In this document: positions 58,163 to 64,000 of the stretch, piece after piece
Numbering within the stretch: the first letter of the stretch is position 1
Layout: every line of letters begins with the position of its first letter
NCBI GenBank assembly: GCA_965248835.1
Contig: CBDFLJ010000002.1
Coordinates: forward strand, 2,464,001 to 2,528,000
Length of the DNA stretch: 64,000 nucleotides
From: Alphaproteobacteria bacterium
GTDB lineage: Bacteria; Pseudomonadota; Alphaproteobacteria; MPNO01
Reading direction: 5' to 3'
Position numbers and translations under genes: made by a program
The notes under the pieces: generated by a model
Seen by the model: the letters and a program-made list of their open reading frames with translations, nothing else
Told to the model about the DNA's origin: nothing
Databases searched by the model: none

Positions 58163-58981
58163 TTACGGCCCGTTCGAGTCCAGCCAGCCGGGCTCCACCC
58201 GCGGCAGCGGGATAGCAGCCAGCAATTCGCGGGTATATGCATGCCGCGGACTCGCAAAAATATCCGTGCACGCACCCTCTTCCACCACCTTGCCGTCCAG
58301 CATCACCAGGACGCGGGCACAGACCGCCCTAACGACCGACAGATCGTGGCTGATGAACAGGAGCGCGAGCCCCATTTCCTCACGCAGGTTGCGCAGCAGA
58401 TCAAGAATTTGCGCCTGGATCGAGACGTCGAGCCCGGAGACGATCTCGTCGGCGACGACGAATTGCGGGTTCATCGAGATCGCCCGTGCAATGCCCACCC
58501 GTTGACGCTGCCCGCCGGAAAGCTGATGGGGGTAGCGTGCGCCATAGGCGGCCGGCAGGCCGACGCGCTCCAAAAGCGGACCCACTTGCCCGTACGCCTG
58601 CTTCCTTGAGGCGGCCAGACCAAAGGTGAGCAACGGTTCCATCAGGATGCGGGCGATCCGGTGCCGCGGATTGAGCGATGATTGCGGGTCCTGGAAAATC
58701 ATCTGCATGTGTCGTCTCAGCGGACGCAGTTCGTTTTCGGGCAGGTGGGTGATGTCCTGCCCGCGAAAGAAAATCGTCCCTTCCGCCGGTTCGTAAAGAC
58801 GAAGGAGGGTGCGGCCGAGCGTGGTCTTGCCGCAACCGGATTCACCGACCACGCCCACCGCTTCGCCGGCCGCGATTTCGAGGTCGACGCCGGACAGGAC
58901 CCGCCGGTGCGGCGCCGGCCTGGTGAGCGTCTTGCGGCTTCGGTCGGGAAACGTGACCGCGATTCCGCGCGCCTCAAGCAT
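58163..58981 (-). CDS. Dipeptide/oligopeptide ABC ATP-binding protein
   Basis: GESGCGKT, FQDP, LSGGQRQR and SHDL; start overlaps the upstream stop. Confidence 0.9.
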   Translation of the reverse strand: MLEARGIAVTFPDRSRKTLTRPAPHRRVLSGVDLEIAAGEAVGVVGESGCGKTTLGRTLLRLYEPAEGTIFFRGQDITHLPENELRPLRRHMQMIFQDPQSSLNPRHRIARILMEPLLTFGLAASRKQAYGQVGPLLERVGLPAAYGARYPHQLSGGQRQRVGIARAISMNPQFVVADEIVSGLDVSIQAQILDLLRNLREEMGLALLFISHDLSVVRAVCARVLVMLDGKVVEEGACTDIFASPRHAYTRELLAAIPLPRVEPGWLDSNGP

Positions 58982-59861
58982 GGCGCCGCGTCGCATCGTA
59001 GTCATACGCCTCCTGCCACAATCGAGCGGTGAGCTCGTCGGGCACCGGGCGGAGGCCGGCATCCGGACGGTCATGGCGCGGCGTCGCGCCGAACAGTGCC
59101 CGCGTGTAGTCGTGGCGAGGCGTTTCGAACACATCGGTCACAGGCGCGGTTTCCAGAACCCGACCGGCATAGATCACGCTCACCTCGTCACAGATCTTGG
59201 CGACAACGCCGAGGTCGTGCGTGATGAACAGGATCGCCGCGCCGGTACGCGATTGTTGTTCCTTGATGAGCCGCAAGATCTGCTTTTGCACGGTTACATC
59301 GAGAGCGGTCGTCGGTTCGTCCGCAATGACGAGTTCGGGATCGCAAGAAAAAGCGATCGCGATGATGACGCGCTGCCGCATCCCACCGGAAAGTTCGTGC
59401 GGATACTGCCGCAGCACCCGGGCCGGCTCGCGGATATGAACGGCGTCCAGGAGATCCAGCGCCCGCACCCTGGCGCCGCTTCGAGACAGACCGAGGTGCC
59501 GCCGCAATACGTCAACGATCTGCGTCTGGATGCGGAGTACGGGATTCAGCGCGGTTGTCGGATTCTGCAGGACCATTGATATCTCGCGGCCCAGCAACCC
59601 CTTGCGTGACACCGCATCACGGCCGATGAGCGGGCGGTCGAAAAACCGTGCCTCGCCTTCCGTTATCACCGCCGACGGCGGCAGAATGCCTAGCACGGCC
59701 TTGCCCACCATGGTCTTTCCGGCACCCGACTCACCGACCAGACCATGGACACGGCCTTGCTCTATCCGAAGGTTCACGCCGCGCAGAATGGGCGTGCGGG
59801 TGCCGCGCCCGACGATCTCAAGGTGGAGGTTTTCGATAGACAGGACCGGGGCCGCACTCAA
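58974..59861 (-). CDS. Dipeptide/oligopeptide ABC ATP-binding protein
   Basis: GESGAGKT, LSGGMRQR, ADEPTTALD and THDL; TTG start overlapping the permease stop. Confidence 0.88.
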   Translation of the reverse strand: MSAAPVLSIENLHLEIVGRGTRTPILRGVNLRIEQGRVHGLVGESGAGKTMVGKAVLGILPPSAVITEGEARFFDRPLIGRDAVSRKGLLGREISMVLQNPTTALNPVLRIQTQIVDVLRRHLGLSRSGARVRALDLLDAVHIREPARVLRQYPHELSGGMRQRVIIAIAFSCDPELVIADEPTTALDVTVQKQILRLIKEQQSRTGAAILFITHDLGVVAKICDEVSVIYAGRVLETAPVTDVFETPRHDYTRALFGATPRHDRPDAGLRPVPDELTARLWQEAYDYDATRRHA

Positions 59862-60685
59862 TTCCGCATCACCGGATCGAATGCCTGGCGCAATCCGTCG
59901 CCCAGACAGTTGAGGCCGAGGACCGAGACAATGATGCAGCCGATGGGAAACGTCATCACCCACCAGGCCTGGTGCAGGTATTCCCGACCTTCGGCGATCA
60001 TGCCGCCCCATGTCGCGATATTCGACGACGAAAAACCGACAAAACTCAGAATGGCTTCGACAACGATCGCAATTCCCATTTCGAGCGCAAAGAGAATCAG
60101 CATCAACGGTGCAACGTTGGGCAGCACCTCGCCGAACAGAATCCGTCGCCGGCTTTTGCCGACGACGACCGCGGAAGCCACGAAATCCTGTTCGCGCAGC
60201 ACCAGCACCTCGGCCCGAACGACGCGGCAAAAACGCGTCCAGTCGATGACGATAATGGCGATGACGACGGCATGAAGCCCGGAGCCGATCACGGCGACGA
60301 GGACGATCGCCAGCAGAACCGGTGGAAACGACATGAAGATTTCCACCGTTCTCGAGATCAGCGCATCCGCCCAACCCCCGTAAAACCCGGAAAACAAGCC
60401 TAGCGAAATACCGATCAAGGCGGCGAAGAACGCGCCGAGCGCGGCGACGATCACCGCCGGCCGCGTACCGTAGATCAGTCGGGAAAACACGTCCCGACCA
60501 AGAGAATCCGTCCCCAGAAGATAATCCGTGTCCGCGGCATCGGACCATAGCGGCGGCAGATATTGTGCCATCAGTTCCTGGTCCAGCGGGTCCCTGGGAG
60601 ATAGTACGGAGGCGAACAGCGCACAGAAAACCAGAGCAGCCACGACCGCCAGACCGAATGCCAAGCGTGCGTTCAGCCTATTCAT
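59858..60685 (-). CDS. Dpp/Opp ABC permease (C type)
   Basis: LGTDSLGRD, LPN, EAILSF and GDGLR motifs. Confidence 0.92.
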   Translation of the reverse strand: MNRLNARLAFGLAVVAALVFCALFASVLSPRDPLDQELMAQYLPPLWSDAADTDYLLGTDSLGRDVFSRLIYGTRPAVIVAALGAFFAALIGISLGLFSGFYGGWADALISRTVEIFMSFPPVLLAIVLVAVIGSGLHAVVIAIIVIDWTRFCRVVRAEVLVLREQDFVASAVVVGKSRRRILFGEVLPNVAPLMLILFALEMGIAIVVEAILSFVGFSSSNIATWGGMIAEGREYLHQAWWVMTFPIGCIIVSVLGLNCLGDGLRQAFDPVMRN

Positions 60686-61685
60686 GCCGCACCCGGGGAT
60701 TGAGCAGCGTGTAGGTAAGGTCGATCAGCAGGTTGAGCAGAACGAACAAAACCGCGAAGGCGAGCGTGATTCCCTGAATCAGCGGCAAATCGCGGTTGAT
60801 AACGGCGCTTACGGCCATGTTGCCGATTCCGGGGTAGGCGAAAATCAACTCGATCAGCACCGTGCCGCCCACCAGGAACATGAACTGCACCCCGCTCAAG
60901 GTTACGGTCGGAATCAGCGCGTTGGGAAGCGCGTGGCGCAGCAGGATCCGGGCCCGGCTGAATCCCTTGACCTGCGCGAGCAGGATGTAATCCTGAACCA
61001 TCGCTTCGAGCAGCGAAGTCTTGAGAACGCGCGCGATTGCCGCCGTCAGCGGCAAGCCGAGCGCGAGGGCCGGCAGCAGCAAATGCCTCAACAGCGTCCC
61101 GACGGCACCGAGATCGCCGCGAACGACGCTTTCGATCAAAAAGAAACCGGTGGCGAAATCGAGTGACAAGGTGGGGTCGAGCCGGCCGGAAATCGGCAGA
61201 ACGGGAATCAGAACGCCAAAAAACAGGATCAGCAGCAAAGCCCACAAAAAATCGGGAATCGCGATTGCTATCCCGTTCACGCCGTCGACCAGCACCTCGG
61301 GCCATCGTCCGCGCCAGTAGACCGCGGCACAGCCTAGTGCGACACCCAGCCCGACACCGAAAACGATTGCGAAAGCCACGAGTTCGAGAGTCGGCGGCAA
61401 ATGTGCCAGGATCAGGTCCGTCACGTCTTGTTTGAAGCTGATCGAGACCCCGAAATCGCCGACCGCGATATTCCCGAGATAGACCAGAAACTGTTCGAAG
61501 ATAGACTTGTCGAGGCCGTAGAAGGCCCGCAGACGTTCGACGTCGGCCATCGTTGCTTCGGGGCCGATCATCATCGATACCGGATCACCCGGCACGACCC
61601 GCAAGAGCACAAAGACGATGACGGCGACGCCGATCAGCGTCGGCGCCGCGAGCCACAAGCGTTTCAGTACATAGCTTGCCGACAT
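60678..61685 (-). CDS. Dpp/Opp ABC permease (B type)
   Basis: PGDP, GLDK, GDFG, HALPNA, PGIG and RDLP motifs. Confidence 0.92.
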   Translation of the reverse strand: MSASYVLKRLWLAAPTLIGVAVIVFVLLRVVPGDPVSMMIGPEATMADVERLRAFYGLDKSIFEQFLVYLGNIAVGDFGVSISFKQDVTDLILAHLPPTLELVAFAIVFGVGLGVALGCAAVYWRGRWPEVLVDGVNGIAIAIPDFLWALLLILFFGVLIPVLPISGRLDPTLSLDFATGFFLIESVVRGDLGAVGTLLRHLLLPALALGLPLTAAIARVLKTSLLEAMVQDYILLAQVKGFSRARILLRHALPNALIPTVTLSGVQFMFLVGGTVLIELIFAYPGIGNMAVSAVINRDLPLIQGITLAFAVLFVLLNLLIDLTYTLLNPRVRHE

Positions 61686-61691
61686 TGCCGA

Positions 61692-61726
61692 TTCCCGCGC
61701 CCGACGGACTCCGCCGGGCGCGGGAA
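61692..61726. repeat. Inverted repeat between the SBP and permease genes
   Basis: TTCCCGCGCCCG ... CGGGCGCGGGAA, a perfect 12-bp stem. Confidence 0.75.
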
Positions 61727-61762
61727 AGAGGACTCTATTTCAGGCTCGTCATCTTCGCGGGC

Positions 61763-63304
61763 TCACTTTTGCCCCATCTGTGCCGGCAACACGAAGTTCG
61801 CGATATGCGGTGTGAAATTCAGCGCCGCCTTGTGAATCACCGGTTGATGAAATTGCCAGAGCGGCAACACCAGAGCGTTTTCCGCGATGTAACCGTTTGC
61901 CTCGTCATAACCCTTGATCCGCTTGTCGTAGTTGCGTTCCTGAAACAGTTTGAGGAGCTCGGCACTCAGTTCCTTGCCGTCCCAGACCGAGTGCGGACTC
62001 GGCCCGAACATGGCATGACCGGTGGAGTTTTCCGGATCGGCGGACGAATTGCCCCAACTGTAATAGGCCGCCGGCGCCAGCTTGTCCTGAGCGCGGAGTT
62101 GGAAGTGCTTGGCGATTTCATACACCTCGATCTCGGCCTGGATGCCGACACGCCGCCACATGCCCACGATCGCCTGAACGGTCTCGTAGTCTTTTGGTTT
62201 GTAGCCCCTGGTCGTCTGAATCTTGAACGTGACGGGCTTTTCACGGGAATAGCCGCTGTCGGCCAGCAGCTTCTTCGCGAGGTCCGGATCGTAGGGCGTT
62301 TTGATAGCGGGGTTGTAACCGACATATTGCGGCGCCAGCAGCGTATCGATCGGCGTGGCGTATCCGCCCATGAGCCGGTCGACGATGGCGCGTTTGTCGA
62401 TCGCATGCACCGCCGCTCGGCGCACGTTGGCATCGACCATCGGTCCGATATCGTTGATGAAGATCATCGCTATGTCGCTCACCGGATGGGCAACCCCGGC
62501 AAGGCCGGTTTTCCGGCGAAGCCTCTCGAACTCCTCGTACGGGAGATCGAGCGTAAGATCGGACGAACCGCTTTCGACCTCCGATACCCGGCTCGACACA
62601 TCGGTGACAAACTTGAACACCACGGTTTCGAATGCCGGAAGCGGTCCCCAGTAATTGGGATTTCTCTTAAGCCGCGCAAAGGAGCCGCGAGAATATCTTT
62701 CGAGCTGATAGGGGCCTGAGCCCATCGGTGCCTTCTCGAAACCGGCTTTGCCGACCTTCTCGTAGTAGTGCGGCGGAATGAGATAGGCGCCGAGGAAACT
62801 CATCCAGGACAGGATCGTTGCCCGGTAGGGTTCCAGGTCGGCGGTGATGATATCGCCGTCGATCTTGAAGTTTTTGAGACTGCCCCAGATGAACTGGATC
62901 GGATTCCCGGTCTTGGGGTCGCCGAGACGCTTGAGATTCCAGACGATGTCTTCAGCCGTCATCGTCCTGCCGTCAGCCCAGCGGCGGTTCTTGCCGAGTC
63001 TGAGACGGATGCCGGTATTACCCGCGTTGAACGACCATTCGGTCAACGCGCCGGGGATCTGTTTGAGATCGGGCGCCTGATCGACATATTGATCAAAGAC
63101 CGACTTGTAGATCGAGGCCAGCGCGGGATTGACAGCGGAGGTTCCCGTCGTCGGATCCCATGACGGGACCGGCAGGTTATAGGCGATGGTCAGCGTGTCG
63201 CCGATGGCGGCCCTGGCTTCTGCGGACCAAAGGATCGATGTCGGCAGCGACGCACTCAAAGCGGCCGCACCCGCCAGGAAGTCCCTTCGATGGAAATCGG
63301 TCAT
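61763..63304 (-). CDS. Family 5 ABC substrate-binding protein with Tat signal
   Basis: MTDFHRRDFLAG twin-arginine motif; PMGSGPY, NPNYWG and VRRA..HAID; GAGGAGG RBS. Confidence 0.9.
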   Translation of the reverse strand: MTDFHRRDFLAGAAALSASLPTSILWSAEARAAIGDTLTIAYNLPVPSWDPTTGTSAVNPALASIYKSVFDQYVDQAPDLKQIPGALTEWSFNAGNTGIRLRLGKNRRWADGRTMTAEDIVWNLKRLGDPKTGNPIQFIWGSLKNFKIDGDIITADLEPYRATILSWMSFLGAYLIPPHYYEKVGKAGFEKAPMGSGPYQLERYSRGSFARLKRNPNYWGPLPAFETVVFKFVTDVSSRVSEVESGSSDLTLDLPYEEFERLRRKTGLAGVAHPVSDIAMIFINDIGPMVDANVRRAAVHAIDKRAIVDRLMGGYATPIDTLLAPQYVGYNPAIKTPYDPDLAKKLLADSGYSREKPVTFKIQTTRGYKPKDYETVQAIVGMWRRVGIQAEIEVYEIAKHFQLRAQDKLAPAAYYSWGNSSADPENSTGHAMFGPSPHSVWDGKELSAELLKLFQERNYDKRIKGYDEANGYIAENALVLPLWQFHQPVIHKAALNFTPHIANFVLPAQMGQK

Positions 63305-63657
63305 GATTGTTGTCCTCCTCATCGAACTGTGCGTTCTCCTTAAAGGTCTGTCAAATATCCTATATCTCGTTCGGGGTTGTCGGCGCTTCGCGCCGTGACC
63401 GCGACAGGCGGATATCCGTGAGATCTTGTGCAATCGGTCCGGTGCCGCGCGCTCGAAAGCCTCCTCACGCGTCGACGGCCGCGCAGACATGGCAGACGCT
63501 GGGGAAGTTCTGCCGGCGGGCCGCGACCGAGGAATTCAGTGTCGGCTCAAAAAGCGTTGCGTGATGTCAGTCCAGACGTTGTGCGTCGCTGAATTTTCAG
63601 ACGCAAGCAGAGAATCACCACGCACCGAAATCAGGCAACGCTTTTTGAACGGGTCGT

Positions 63658-64000
63658 TCAGACGATCTCTTCGCGCCTGAGCCGGTCGATGGCGGCGGCG
63701 TCGTAGCCGAGTTCGGCCAGGATCTCGCCGGTATTCTCGCCCAGCCGCGGCGGTGCCTTGGTCGGCTGGTCATCGCGCGAGCCGTCATAGCGGACCGGCC
63801 GGCGCAGCAGCGTCATCTCGCCCTCTTCGGGGTGCGCGGTGGTGAAGAAGGTCTCCAGGTGCTTGACCTGCGGGTCTTCCATCACCTCGGGCAGGGTGAG
63901 GATCGGCGCGAACGGGACGTCCTCTTCCTCCAGCCGCGTCATCCAGTGATCGCGGGGTTTGCTCCCGATCGTTTTCTGGAACTCCGCCTTGAGCTCCAGA
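63658..64000 (-). CDS. CaiB/BaiF family III CoA-transferase (C-terminal part; starts beyond the window)
   Basis: VPFAPI, DPQV and APPRLGENT.EIL.ELGY, a C-terminus typical of family III CoA-transferases. Confidence 0.82.
   Translation of the reverse strand, partial: LELKAEFQKTIGSKPRDHWMTRLEEEDVPFAPILTLPEVMEDPQVKHLETFFTTAHPEEGEMTLLRRPVRYDGSRDDQPTKAPPRLGENTGEILAELGYDAAAIDRLRREEIV

Overview
This is a high-GC bacterial window, probably from an alphaproteobacterium judging by gene content and style (inference). It holds about 57 tightly packed CDS, almost all for uptake and catabolism. I saw no rRNA, tRNA, CRISPR array, transposase or recognisable transcription-factor gene. In order, it contains: a partial Mo-hydroxylase large subunit with a BMP/CUT2 ABC importer; hydrolases and deacylases; a short reductive-dehalogenase-like Fe-S protein; ald; an AhpD-like gene split by an in-frame UGA; a prpDBC methylcitrate operon; ThDP enzymes; a NitT/TauT ABC operon ending in Rieske protein + small protein + amidohydrolase-fold enzyme + MmgE/PrpD + ICL/PEPM; two FMN hydroxy-acid oxidases; an enamidase homologue; an FAH-family enzyme; three UbiD paralogues; a GSMT-SDMT-BCCT glycine-betaine operon; TTT and TRAP transporters; a second amidohydrolase-fold paralogue; and a lower-GC Dpp/Opp ABC cassette. 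The top leads are (1) a likely selenoprotein (CxxU-x3-H plus a SECIS-like hairpin) that the ORF track splits in two, (2) candidate amidohydrolase-related dinuclear oxygenases with a dedicated Rieske protein, (3) a triple-UbiD (hetero)aromatic decarboxylation cluster, and (4) a long structured 5' leader ahead of the betaine-synthesis operon. Product calls rest on motifs recognised by eye; no database search was run.
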